Shown: positions 1 through 9,318, numbered from the stretch's first letter. The stretch is DNA of 64,000 nt from Elusimicrobia bacterium UBA6262 (GCA_002441095.1 DJVG01000038.1:5222-69221); one strand, 5' to 3'. Numbers and translations are program-made. The notes: generated by a model not told the origin, from the sequence alone.

Positions 1-2
1 TC

Positions 3-284
3 CAGGAATTCTGGAAAATCACTTTCCCATTATTATTACCTATTATTACCAGCGTGTCCATTCTGACTATATTGGGCGCCATGCAGCAATTTGACTTGAT
101 CTATGTCATGACTGGCGGCGGCCCGGCCGGGGCCACCGAGGTGCCGGTGAACCAGATGTACATGCAGGCTTTCCAGAACGGCATGTGGGGCTATGCAACG
201 ACCTTAGGAGTATTACTGGGAGTTATATTGTTCATTATTTCCTTGCTGCAGCTGCAGATAAAAAAGTGGCTGGTAGACTGGTAG
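3..284 (+). CDS. Carbohydrate ABC transporter permease (MalF/UgpA-type), C-terminal part; 5' truncated by window edge
   Basis: Frame is open from base 3 (QEFWKITFPLLLPII...). The motif FDLIYVMTGGGPAGATEV...MY..AF...G.A is typical of CUT1 permease C-termini. Confidence 0.9.
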   Translation, partial: QEFWKITFPLLLPIITSVSILTILGAMQQFDLIYVMTGGGPAGATEVPVNQMYMQAFQNGMWGYATTLGVLLGVILFIISLLQLQIKKWLVDW

Positions 285-331
285 TATTAAGTACAATTTT
301 AAATTTCAAATTCCAAATGACAAATTAAAGT

Positions 332-1483
332 GTGAGCAACCTATCCATGAAAAAAAGTACGGGTAAGTTCAAAAAAATATTTTCTAATGTGGTATTCCAG
401 CTGATCCTGCTGGTTTGCGCGTCCTGGGTGATCTTCCCGGTCTTATGGGGTGTTTCCACTTCCTTGCGCACTTTTGAGGGGATTTACCAGATCAGCGACC
501 AGGTTGATGCGCAGGATACAACCACCGGTCCCACAGCGCCGGCAAGCACTATCACCAAGATCACCGGTCATCTTAAATCCACTGGACGGCTTATCCGCAG
601 CCTGGTCCCGCCAGCGCCGATCCAATGGGGAAATTACAAAGAGGCCTGGAAACAAGGCAATTTCAATAAATACTTCCTGAATAGTTTCTTTTATATGGTC
701 ACGGTAGTTTTCTTTATGCTGCTTTTTTCGTCTATGGCTGCCTATGCCTTTGCCCGGCTGCGCTTTCCCGGCAAAGAGTTTATTTTCTATTTATTTTTAG
801 CCAGCCTGGTCATGCCCTTGCCGACGATCTTTATTACGGTGTATCTCTTACTGCAAAATTTCCCGATCTATTTATTTGTGGTCCTGATCATTATCGCTTC
901 CCTGCTGATCGTGACGGCTGGCTCTTTCCGCCGGGTAATGTTCCTGGTATTAGGAGTGCTTTTAGCGGCTGGAGCAGCTTATGCTTTTGTAGCTTCCAGG
1001 AATCAAGCAGAGCCCGGGAAAATAGTGGACTTGATCCTGACCAATATTAATTTGCTGGATACCCGCACCGGCTATATTTTGCCGCAGATCGCCAGCGGCC
1101 TGCCCTATACCATCTTCCTGATGCGTTCTTTCTTCGAAGCCATTCCTGTGGACCTGGAAGACGCTGCCCGTATTGATGGTTGCAGCCGGGTAGGGATATA
1201 TTTCCGCATTATCTTGCCGCTTTCCCGGCCGATCCTGGCAGTCACTGGTATTTTCGGGGCTTTAAGCGTCTGGAAGGAATTTCTTTTTGCCGTCGTGGTT
1301 TTTTCTGATAATGCCAAGATGCCGATCCAGGCTGGTTTGCTGGCTTTCCAGGGTACATACAAGACCCAGTGGAATTACTTGATGGCTGGGGTCATAATCA
1401 CCGTGATCCCGGTGATCATTGTCTATTTAATGATGCAGAAACACATTATTTCGGGATTGACCGCCGGAGCGGTGAAAGGCTAA
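332..1483 (+). CDS. Carbohydrate ABC transporter permease (MalG/UgpE-type) with insertions
   Basis: EAA loop (IPVDLEDAARIDGCSR), SMAAYAFARLRFPGK and C-terminal QKHIISGLTAGAVKG. At 383 aa it is longer than a typical MalG-type permease. Confidence 0.92.
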   Translation: MSNLSMKKSTGKFKKIFSNVVFQLILLVCASWVIFPVLWGVSTSLRTFEGIYQISDQVDAQDTTTGPTAPASTITKITGHLKSTGRLIRSLVPPAPIQWGNYKEAWKQGNFNKYFLNSFFYMVTVVFFMLLFSSMAAYAFARLRFPGKEFIFYLFLASLVMPLPTIFITVYLLLQNFPIYLFVVLIIIASLLIVTAGSFRRVMFLVLGVLLAAGAAYAFVASRNQAEPGKIVDLILTNINLLDTRTGYILPQIASGLPYTIFLMRSFFEAIPVDLEDAARIDGCSRVGIYFRIILPLSRPILAVTGIFGALSVWKEFLFAVVVFSDNAKMPIQAGLLAFQGTYKTQWNYLMAGVIITVIPVIIVYLMMQKHIISGLTAGAVKG

Positions 1484-1485
1484 AA

Positions 1486-1542
1486 TACCGACGGCAGTTG
1501 GCCGTCCGCTCCGATGGACATCGGAGCTCGCGGTTGGCGGTA
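1486..1542. repeat. Twin-hairpin (REP-like) palindrome after the ABC permease
   Basis: gacggc/gccgtc (1490-1506) and gctccgat/atcggagc (1508-1527), closed by taccg/cggta. Confidence 0.6.
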
Positions 1543-1629
1543 AAAGCAAAAAGATGTTGCAAGATCAAAAACTTGTGCTATATGTTAGATAGAGCCACAC
1601 AATTAAATAAAAAGTCACGGAAAGGATAG

Positions 1630-1660
1630 CTCAAGGAGCATCGTTTCCTTGAGTATTTTT
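1630..1660 (+). terminator. Rho-independent terminator
   Basis: Perfect 8-bp stem ctcaagga/tccttgag followed by tattttt. Confidence 0.7.
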
Positions 1661-1675
1661 GTCGACAAAATATTG

Positions 1676-1704
1676 TTTACTTAATTCATAATAACTGCTA
1701 TAAT
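1676..1704 (+). promoter_or_regulatory. Sigma70-type promoter for the PorV-like/glycosidase operon
   Basis: TTTACT-N17-TATAAT with extended -10 TG, 32 nt upstream of the GTG start at 1737. Confidence 0.65.
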
Positions 1705-1736
1705 TATTAAGTTAATATCTCTGTCTGGGAGATACG

Positions 1737-2879
1737 GTGAAGACCTCCAAGTTTTACCTTATTCTGCTGCTATCTGTAGTTTGCCTGCTGCCGTCTAATC
1801 TTGCCTACGCCGCCGGCGAACCAGCGGCATTCCTGCGTAATGGTGCCGGGGCCAGGGCCTTGGGTATGGGCGGAGCTTATACCGCACTGGCTGATGATGC
1901 CAGTTCAGTGTATTGGAATCCGGCGAAATTAGCCTGGCAGGAAAAACTAGAATTAACCGCTATGTATGCCAATATGGGCCTGGATTCCATGTATGATTAC
2001 GCCGGCCTGGTACTTCCGCTATCTTTCGCTTCCTTCGGATTCGGCTACCTGCAGCAAGCAACCAATAAAATCGAAACTACCGATACTGTCGGCCAAGTGA
2101 CCGGCGAGGTCAAAGCTGCCAATACTGCCTTGTTTGCCGGGTATGGACAGACCCTTGGCGATTTTTTTTCCCTCGGCTTCAGCGCTAAACTGATCAATCA
2201 GAAATTAGCTGCGTATACCGCCAAAGCTTTCGGTTTTGACTTAGGACTGCTTTGGCACACTGATCTGGTCCGGTTTGGCCTAAATTTACAAAACTTGAAC
2301 AGTCCCAAGCTAAAAGGAAATTCTTACTGGGACTCTTCCCGGCAAATAAGCGAAACTATTCCCTTGACGGTCAGGACCGGATTGGTCCTGCATACCAAGC
2401 ACCTGGCCAGGATTGGCGCCGCGAAAAAAGTCCGGGAAAAGGCTAAAGCCGGCAAAACCGCGCGACAAATGGAACAAGCCACCGGAATTAGCGCGATAGA
2501 AGGATTTGACCTGAGCCAGGGTTGGATACCTACGCCGCCGCCGAACCAGCAGGAGATAGCTACCGGCTCTGCCGGTGACCAGGAAAAAGCTGCTGCTTTT
2601 TCTATCCCCATAGAAGTGAACTGGGCGCTGGATGTGGGATATACGCCGGACAGTAACCAGAATCTGGAAATAGCACCGGGTGTTGAATGCTGGCTCAACA
2701 GGCAGTATGCAGTCAGGGCAGGCTGGAACCTGAATGACCTGTCTAATGCCCATAGTTTTTATCATAACCTGAGTTTGGGTGCATCCGTCCTGTGGCGCTT
2801 TATTGAATTTGATTATGCTTACATTCTCCATGAGGACCTGCAAAATACGCACCGTATTTCAACAAGCTTTATTTTCTGA
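1737..2879 (+). CDS. PorV/PorQ-family (UPF0164-like) outer-membrane beta-barrel protein
   Basis: Signal peptide; GAGARALGMGGAYTALADDASSVYWNPAKL signature; alternating beta-strands; terminal HRISTSFIF beta-signal. Confidence 0.85.
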   Translation: MKTSKFYLILLLSVVCLLPSNLAYAAGEPAAFLRNGAGARALGMGGAYTALADDASSVYWNPAKLAWQEKLELTAMYANMGLDSMYDYAGLVLPLSFASFGFGYLQQATNKIETTDTVGQVTGEVKAANTALFAGYGQTLGDFFSLGFSAKLINQKLAAYTAKAFGFDLGLLWHTDLVRFGLNLQNLNSPKLKGNSYWDSSRQISETIPLTVRTGLVLHTKHLARIGAAKKVREKAKAGKTARQMEQATGISAIEGFDLSQGWIPTPPPNQQEIATGSAGDQEKAAAFSIPIEVNWALDVGYTPDSNQNLEIAPGVECWLNRQYAVRAGWNLNDLSNAHSFYHNLSLGASVLWRFIEFDYAYILHEDLQNTHRISTSFIF

Positions 2880-2942
2880 TAAAACTGTGATTACACAGAT
2901 TTTAAAAGATGATTACACCGATTAAAAACAGGGAGATTTTGA

Positions 2943-4388
2943 TTGAAGAAACACATTCGACGGATATTACTTTTAGCATTTAGCATTCAGCTTTTAGCAG
3001 CTGTTGTTTTTGCGGCCAATGTCAAAATTGTTGGCCGGCAGATGTTTGTCGATGGGAAGCCGTTCACGGTTAAAGGGGTTAATTACGGTTATACGCCGGT
3101 TGGTTCAGGATATGCTACCTATGACTGGTCAATTCACCCTGAATTCTATAAAGCTGATTTTGCGTTGATCCGGGCGATGGGCGCCAATACCCTGCGCTTA
3201 CACAATTTACCTACCGATGATAAAATGCTGGATGCAGCCTATGAATATGGTTTATATGTGATCATTACGATACCAGTCAGCTGGGTTGATAATCTGGCCA
3301 GCACCGCCGGCCGGGATACAGTGCTGGCTGATGTCACTACGTATGTCACCAGGTGGAAAGACCATCCGGCGATATTGATGTGGTGTATAGGAAACGAGAT
3401 AAATTACTGGAACATCGTAGACAGGCATGCTACCCCTAGATATTCTGATTGGTACAGTCTATTGAATGAGTGCGCCCGTACCGCGCATGAGATCGAAGGA
3501 GCGCATTATCATCCGGTAACCACCGCCGAATCCGAGATCGCTAATCTCGGTACGGCGAGTAACGGTTCAGATGATGCTTCTATGCCTGATCTCGACCTGT
3601 GGGCAGTGCAGGTATATCGGGGGAATACACCTGGTTTTGCCACCATGTTCACTGATTGCCAAGCCAAGAGTGCGAAACCTTTTGTGATTACTGAATTTGG
3701 CTGCGACGCGTATAATACTCGTACCCAGAAGGAGGATCAAACAGCCCAGGCTGATTGCATCCAGGGTATGCTGGATACTTTGCACCTGAACTTATCTGCT
3801 GATAGCCCGGACCGGGCTTTTGTCGGCGGTTGTTTATTCCAGTGGGCTGATGACTGGTCCAAAAACCAGTGGGGTGCGGCAAACAGTACCCATGATACCA
3901 GTGCTACCTGGAATAGCCCGAATTATTATGATTTTGAAGATACAGATACTAATAATATGAATGAGGAATGGTGGGGCTTGTGCGCCATCAGTCCCGGAAC
4001 TGATACCAAAACTCTGCGCCCGGCCTATTACAGGGTGCAGGATAAATGGGCGCCAAACAGCCAGGGCACTGCCGCCAGCAGCAATGTTTTTGCGTCTGAT
4101 ATTACCAACTATCCTAATCCGTTCAATCCTGATAGCGGCACTACCACGATCGCTTTTACCGTAGCGCCGGGAACAGCGGTCAAAGTCAAGATCTACGATA
4201 TAGCCGGCCGGCTGGTCAAAGTGCTGAAAGAAGAAACCATTGAGACCTATGCCCAATACCAGGTAGTCTGGGACGGCAAGGATGATGCCAATACGGCGGT
4301 AGCAAATGGTGTTTATATTTGTTTTGTTGAGGCTAACGGGACCCAGGGTACGGAAGTGAAATACCGCAAGATCCTGGCCTTGAAATAG
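2943..4388 (+). CDS. Secreted clan GH-A (GH2-like TIM barrel) glycoside hydrolase with C-terminal FlgD-Ig/T9SS-type domain
   Basis: Signal peptide; VDGKPFTVKGVNY; acid/base WCIGNEIN; nucleophile PFVITEFG; NMNEEWWG; C-terminal NYPNPFNP...IYDIAGRLV...WDGKD...GVY. Confidence 0.85.
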   Translation: MKKHIRRILLLAFSIQLLAAVVFAANVKIVGRQMFVDGKPFTVKGVNYGYTPVGSGYATYDWSIHPEFYKADFALIRAMGANTLRLHNLPTDDKMLDAAYEYGLYVIITIPVSWVDNLASTAGRDTVLADVTTYVTRWKDHPAILMWCIGNEINYWNIVDRHATPRYSDWYSLLNECARTAHEIEGAHYHPVTTAESEIANLGTASNGSDDASMPDLDLWAVQVYRGNTPGFATMFTDCQAKSAKPFVITEFGCDAYNTRTQKEDQTAQADCIQGMLDTLHLNLSADSPDRAFVGGCLFQWADDWSKNQWGAANSTHDTSATWNSPNYYDFEDTDTNNMNEEWWGLCAISPGTDTKTLRPAYYRVQDKWAPNSQGTAASSNVFASDITNYPNPFNPDSGTTTIAFTVAPGTAVKVKIYDIAGRLVKVLKEETIETYAQYQVVWDGKDDANTAVANGVYICFVEANGTQGTEVKYRKILALK

Positions 4389-4508
4389 AGCTTGCGGGAG
4401 AGCTGTATTTAAGTTATATTTATAGTATAGGGACTATACTTGATTACACAGATTAAAAGCAAATAGGTTCAACCTGCTATATTTGGTCAATTAATGTTCG
4501 GAGGGTGC

Positions 4509-7265
4509 ATGCGTTTTAGCAAGATCATTTTTATGCTTATAATTTTTTTAACGCTGGCGGTTAGCTCAACTCGGGCGGCCGAGCAGCAAAAAGTAAAAAG
4601 CCTGCGCATTGACGGGAATTTGACTTTTGACCTCTTGGCGCATAAACTTCAACCAGGGTGGAGCATCTATTCCAGTAACCTGGCGAAACTCTATACCCAT
4701 GACCTTATTTCCACTGATAAGTGGCATTATGTCGGCGGGCAGACGCTGAATGTGGACTTTTCCTACCGGCCCAGCAAGAACTGGACCATGATGCTGGGCA
4801 TTCTGGCTATCGGCAGCTATGCTGACCGTTTTTATATCCCTATTAATGATGAGCATCGTCTGAAATATAACAACCAGAAGATCAAATGGACCAGAGGAGA
4901 AGTCGCATATAAAGGTGACCGTTTCCAGGCGTCGCTTAACGGCGGGCTGGGCCACTACCATTGGGAAAATGAAGGCGATATGTTCCAGCTCTATCCGGAA
5001 CAATTTGATGTTTATAATTACCGCCGGATCAGCGGCCGGCAAACGCCGCGCGGCCTGGACCTCAAATATGCCGGGGATTTTGGCAAGCTGGAATTAGTGC
5101 ATGGCGCGGAGCTGGTCTGGGGCGACCATACTTCCACATATGGCAAATATAACTGGCGCTGGGGCTATTTCAATAATGCTTTTATTTTCAAAAATGCGCG
5201 TATTTCCTGGGGTGAAAAACCCAAAGAACATTTAAATGCTTACGAACTAACCAGTAAAATTGATATGATCGAATCGGTACCCATTGACTTGGGGATGCTG
5301 TATCAGCCATTCCGCCTGGGCCGGGAATTTCTCTATGTCGAAGAAACAGGCTCCAATAATTCATATACTATCCCCGACAGCACGGCGACCATCAATACCG
5401 GTTCACGGCTGATTAAGTCCGGGACTACCAGTACCAGTGATGCGATCGGCTATAAAACCAAAGTTGGGTTCAGGTTCATTCCAGGGATTGAAGAAGTAAG
5501 CGTTGGTTATGCTCATCTGGGCGCGAGCGCCGGTAATAAGCAAGAATATTCAGGCGGGCTGAAGAAAGAAATTAATGCTTTTACTAACCTGGACTTTACC
5601 GGTATTTACCAAAAACCGATTTACGGCCCTTTACCGTATCTATTCGAAGGAGCGGCAACTGATCCCGGAGCCGGGGTGCTCAGGCCGCGGGCCAGGAATG
5701 ATGCTTTCTGGGTGACTATGGAGAACCGGCAGGCGCATATCTATAAATTAACCCTGAACTTTGACCCTACGCCCAGCAGTTGGTTATACCTGTGGCAGCC
5801 GAATATACTCGAAGAATGGAATATGAATCCCAAGGAAGATGCCACTATCGCCCTGGCTTTCCAGTACCAGGCACGCAAATATCCGACCACGACTGACCGT
5901 TGGTACTACCGGACCCGGGATGATGATATCCTCTGGGAAGGCGAATCAGACCCGACCAAAGAATTCTGGGACTATCGTCCCTGGGGTAAATGGCCTACTG
6001 GCTGGCTGCACAGCTTTAATACTATGATCAGGCTGATACCGGCACCTACCTACAAATACTGGATTAACCTGAAATGGGGACAGGATGTAGCGACCGGGGC
6101 TCTGGCTTATACTCATGATACTGATGAAAATAAGCCCATCACTAATTATTTCCTGGGCACTGTCTGGCTGGATAAGAAACCTTACAAAGCCAGCGCCACC
6201 ATCGGCCGGGATGTCTGGGGCTGGGAAGAGTGGCACCAGCGGTTCGGCGGGACCAATGACCGGTTATATAAGTTTTCTCTCAGCCGGACCTGGGAAAGCG
6301 CGCCTTTTGAATCTACTGACTCTACCTTGGGCGTTGAATATGTCGGGATCCGGGAGAAAGATAACCAATATGTTTATCCCGAGCTGGGCTCCTTTAATGA
6401 ATGGCGGCTTTTCTTTAACCTGCATTTTGGTTCCCTGATGGTCTTCCACAAGGAGGAAGAAAAACCAGTGGTGGTAGAAGAAGGACCAAGCCGGCCTACT
6501 GTCAGCTTGACCGTTATGACGCCGGTATTTACTCCCGGCACGGGTGATAATCCTGAAGCTGTTTTTGCGCTGGCGGCCGCGGATAATAAAGGCCTTAAAT
6601 CCTGGGAGATCAGTATCCTGGATATAAATGACAATCTAATGCAGACTTTATCCGGCAAAGGCCAGCCGCCGCTGGAAAAAGAATGGGATGGCACTGACTT
6701 GGCCAGCAAAGAGACTGCTCCTGAGGGAGATTATAAAGTCATTTTCAAAGTTATAAACATGTCTAACAAATCAGCTAAGACTGATCCGCAGGTAGTGACC
6801 TTGCAAATACCGCAGATCGATATAGCCAAGGAAGTCCTGGCCGAAGCCCCGGTTGAGCTCAGGGAAGAAGAAAGAGGATTGGTGATGAATATCACTTCAG
6901 CCGTATTGTTTGACTTTGATAAATCCAAGCTGAAAGCAGAAGCGCTGCAATTACTGCCTGATGTAGTCAAACTGCTGGCTATGTATCCAAATAATAGAGT
7001 TCTGGTCGAAGGCTACACTGATTCAGTCGGATCCGAAGAATATAACCAGAAATTATCAACCCGCCGGGCGACTAGCGTCTATAACTATTTTATAGAACAG
7101 GGAATTGAGCAGGAACGGCTGGAAAAGAAGGGGTATGGCGAAACAAAACCAGTCGCCTCCAACCGCACTAATGCCGGCCGGACCCTTAACCGCAGGGTAC
7201 AGATCATCCTGCTGAAGGAACCGGAAGAGGAAACAATAGGAAAACCGATGGTGGACCCAGAATGA
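4509..7265 (+). CDS. Large outer-membrane protein: N-terminal putative beta-barrel, FlgD-like Ig domain and C-terminal OmpA peptidoglycan-binding domain
   Basis: ATG 4509 follows the RBS ggaggg; signal peptide; about 620 aa aromatic-rich strand region ending WRLFFNLHFG; then EWDGTD...EGDYKV Ig module; OmpA motifs VLFDFDKSKL, EGYTDSVGSEEYNQKLSTRRA, GYGETKPVASN, NRRVQI. Confidence 0.8.
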   Translation: MRFSKIIFMLIIFLTLAVSSTRAAEQQKVKSLRIDGNLTFDLLAHKLQPGWSIYSSNLAKLYTHDLISTDKWHYVGGQTLNVDFSYRPSKNWTMMLGILAIGSYADRFYIPINDEHRLKYNNQKIKWTRGEVAYKGDRFQASLNGGLGHYHWENEGDMFQLYPEQFDVYNYRRISGRQTPRGLDLKYAGDFGKLELVHGAELVWGDHTSTYGKYNWRWGYFNNAFIFKNARISWGEKPKEHLNAYELTSKIDMIESVPIDLGMLYQPFRLGREFLYVEETGSNNSYTIPDSTATINTGSRLIKSGTTSTSDAIGYKTKVGFRFIPGIEEVSVGYAHLGASAGNKQEYSGGLKKEINAFTNLDFTGIYQKPIYGPLPYLFEGAATDPGAGVLRPRARNDAFWVTMENRQAHIYKLTLNFDPTPSSWLYLWQPNILEEWNMNPKEDATIALAFQYQARKYPTTTDRWYYRTRDDDILWEGESDPTKEFWDYRPWGKWPTGWLHSFNTMIRLIPAPTYKYWINLKWGQDVATGALAYTHDTDENKPITNYFLGTVWLDKKPYKASATIGRDVWGWEEWHQRFGGTNDRLYKFSLSRTWESAPFESTDSTLGVEYVGIREKDNQYVYPELGSFNEWRLFFNLHFGSLMVFHKEEEKPVVVEEGPSRPTVSLTVMTPVFTPGTGDNPEAVFALAAADNKGLKSWEISILDINDNLMQTLSGKGQPPLEKEWDGTDLASKETAPEGDYKVIFKVINMSNKSAKTDPQVVTLQIPQIDIAKEVLAEAPVELREEERGLVMNITSAVLFDFDKSKLKAEALQLLPDVVKLLAMYPNNRVLVEGYTDSVGSEEYNQKLSTRRATSVYNYFIEQGIEQERLEKKGYGETKPVASNRTNAGRTLNRRVQIILLKEPEEETIGKPMVDPE

Positions 7266-7966
7266 AAAAAATAACCTCAGTGAAAATTATAATGATGATC
7301 TTGATGGGAATGTTTCTGGTGTCCTGTGAGAAAAATCCCATCACCCGCTTAACTGATCCGTTTGAGGAGGGAGCGCTGAATACCTGGAGCGGCGTCTTTA
7401 AAATTTATGACGATGACTTGATCACTGGCGGCAATGTGGCTTTTATCCCTTCAGACCTGTCTCCGCCGGATAATAATATGACCCTTGATTTCCTGCATAC
7501 GAGTAATAATCCTCCGGAAGGAAAAAAATGCCTGCGCTTTTCCTGGAATGGCCAGGACCAGGATTGGAACGGCAAGAATGAACATGACTGGGCCGGTATG
7601 AGCCTGATCGTGGCTACTCACTGGTCGCTCTATGATGCGACTCCGAGCAAAGACTTATCTGCCGGCGGCTATACCAAGATCACGTTTAAAGCTACCGCTA
7701 TCATTGATAGTAATACCTATGTGAAATTTGAAGGGCCGATCTCCACGACTACTGCTGCGCCGGCCAGGGGCGGCACCAGGTACCTGCGTTTGAATAGCAC
7801 TGAACTGGGTGATTGGCAATCCTACACTATTAATCTTAGTAACGCTGATTTCAAGTCAGTAAAAGATTATTTTAAAATCGTGATCGAGTATCCTGCCGGG
7901 ATCGGTACTACTTCATACGGTAACGGGGGTATCGTGCTGGTTGATGATATCAGGTATGAACGATAA
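7262..7966 (+). CDS. Lipoprotein with CBM-like beta-sandwich domain
   Basis: Lipobox LVS-C; motifs EGKKCLRFSW, DWAGMS, WQSYTINL and terminal VDDIRYE shared with the downstream paralogues. Confidence 0.7.
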   Translation: MKKITSVKIIMMILMGMFLVSCEKNPITRLTDPFEEGALNTWSGVFKIYDDDLITGGNVAFIPSDLSPPDNNMTLDFLHTSNNPPEGKKCLRFSWNGQDQDWNGKNEHDWAGMSLIVATHWSLYDATPSKDLSAGGYTKITFKATAIIDSNTYVKFEGPISTTTAAPARGGTRYLRLNSTELGDWQSYTINLSNADFKSVKDYFKIVIEYPAGIGTTSYGNGGIVLVDDIRYER

Positions 7967-8012
7967 GGGAACAGAAACGCTTGAAAAATTGTCTAAATAG
8001 TAGGAGGGAAAT

Positions 8013-8651
8013 ATGTTCAGCTGCAAGCAGGTATTAAGGATCTTGGTATTAGCTCTGGCCGGAATAATGTTCATGTCCATATCTGCGGTTTCAGCGCGGG
8101 AAGCGGCCACTAATTTTAATTCTCGTACGCCAGGAAATGCGGCCCTGCGGTCGTTGATGCTGCCTGGCTGGGGGCAGTTCTTTAATGAACAGCCAACCAA
8201 GGGTTTTATTTTTGCCGGAGCGGAAATAGTAGCTATTGGGGCTGCTGTCATGATGAATTCCAGCGCTAATAGTGTCTATAGTGATTATGAAACGCAAAGA
8301 ACCCAAACCCTATATAATAGCTATTCCAGTAAAGTTGATACAGCTAATATGTTTGTCTATGCTGCCGCAGCTATTTGGGTCGGCAATGTAATTGATGCCT
8401 ATTTTTCGGCTGATAGCGGGACCAGTACAAAGAGTAAAAAAAGCAGCACCATCAAGAAAAGCACCAAAAAGAAGAAGGTAGTAGAAGAAGAACCGGAAGA
8501 AGAGTATGAGGAAGAAATAGAAGAGGAAGAACCTGCTGAAGAGGAAGAAGAGTATGAAGAAGAAGATGAGTCGAAATTACCGGAAAGAGGCTTTTACCTG
8601 CAAGCTAAAGGATTACACCAGTTAGGAATAGCATACCGCTTTACTTTCTAA
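8013..8651 (+). CDS. DUF5683-like exported/membrane protein with Lys-rich then Glu-rich tract
   Basis: Signal peptide; ALRSLMLPGWGQFFN motif; hydrophobic helices; EEEPEEEYEEEIEEEE tract; ends LGIAYRFTF. Confidence 0.6.
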   Translation: MFSCKQVLRILVLALAGIMFMSISAVSAREAATNFNSRTPGNAALRSLMLPGWGQFFNEQPTKGFIFAGAEIVAIGAAVMMNSSANSVYSDYETQRTQTLYNSYSSKVDTANMFVYAAAAIWVGNVIDAYFSADSGTSTKSKKSSTIKKSTKKKKVVEEEPEEEYEEEIEEEEPAEEEEEYEEEDESKLPERGFYLQAKGLHQLGIAYRFTF

Positions 8652-8679
8652 CTAACCATATATCAAAGGGGCAGGGATA

Positions 8680-9288
8680 ATGTTCAAGAAAAGCTTATCA
8701 ATACTTGCATTGATCGGGATGAGTATAGGGATATGTATGGTAGTTGCGGCGGCAGCTGCCAGCGGCACTTTTAAGATGTTTCCTGTCTATACTGATGCTA
8801 AATCAGCTGATAATCATTATATCCCCAGCGGCTGGATGGGTGATTATGGTGATCTTAAAGTAAAGGATATGTATGCTGAAAATCCGCACAGCGGGGCTAC
8901 CTGCCTCCAGTGGAAATATAATGCCAAAGGAGCGCAAAATGCCGGCTGGGCCGGGGTATATTGGCAGAATCCGGCGAATAACTGGGGCAGTAAAAAAGGC
9001 GGCTATGAATTAACCGGCGCAAAAAAATTGATATTCTGGGCGCGGGGAGAAAAAGGTGGTGAGATAATTGCTGAAGTAGGGGTTGGCGGCATTACCGGGA
9101 AATATGCCGACACTGACAAGGTAAGTGAGGGTCCAATTAAGCTTTCTAAAGAGTGGAAAAAATATGAGATCAATGTAAGCGAGGCTGACCTGACGTATAT
9201 CAGCGGCGGTTTTTTCTGGGTGGCTAAGGGCGAAGATATGCCTGAGGGCGGCATGACCTTTTATCTTGATGATATCAGGTTTGAGTAA
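8680..9288 (+). CDS. Secreted stand-alone CBM-like protein, paralogue 1
   Basis: Signal peptide; PSGWMGDYGD...WAGVYWQNPANNWG...FWARGEKG...YLDDIRFE. Confidence 0.75.
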   Translation: MFKKSLSILALIGMSIGICMVVAAAAASGTFKMFPVYTDAKSADNHYIPSGWMGDYGDLKVKDMYAENPHSGATCLQWKYNAKGAQNAGWAGVYWQNPANNWGSKKGGYELTGAKKLIFWARGEKGGEIIAEVGVGGITGKYADTDKVSEGPIKLSKEWKKYEINVSEADLTYISGGFFWVAKGEDMPEGGMTFYLDDIRFE

Positions 9289-9318
9289 AAACTTAAGGAA
9301 GAGGGGGGGAAGCAAAAC

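Noticed and set aside
1369-1629. 86-aa plus-strand ORF overlapping the permease end
   Set aside because: Overlaps the permease out of frame, runs through hairpins and a promoter-like region, and has no motif or RBS.
1590-1660. Riboswitch upstream of the glycan operon
   Set aside because: No conserved aptamer motif that I can recognise; only a terminator hairpin is supported.
4509-6450. SusC/TonB-dependent receptor call for the large OM protein
   Set aside because: No TonB box, plug-domain or SusC signature motifs are recognisable, and it has a C-terminal OmpA domain, which TBDRs lack.
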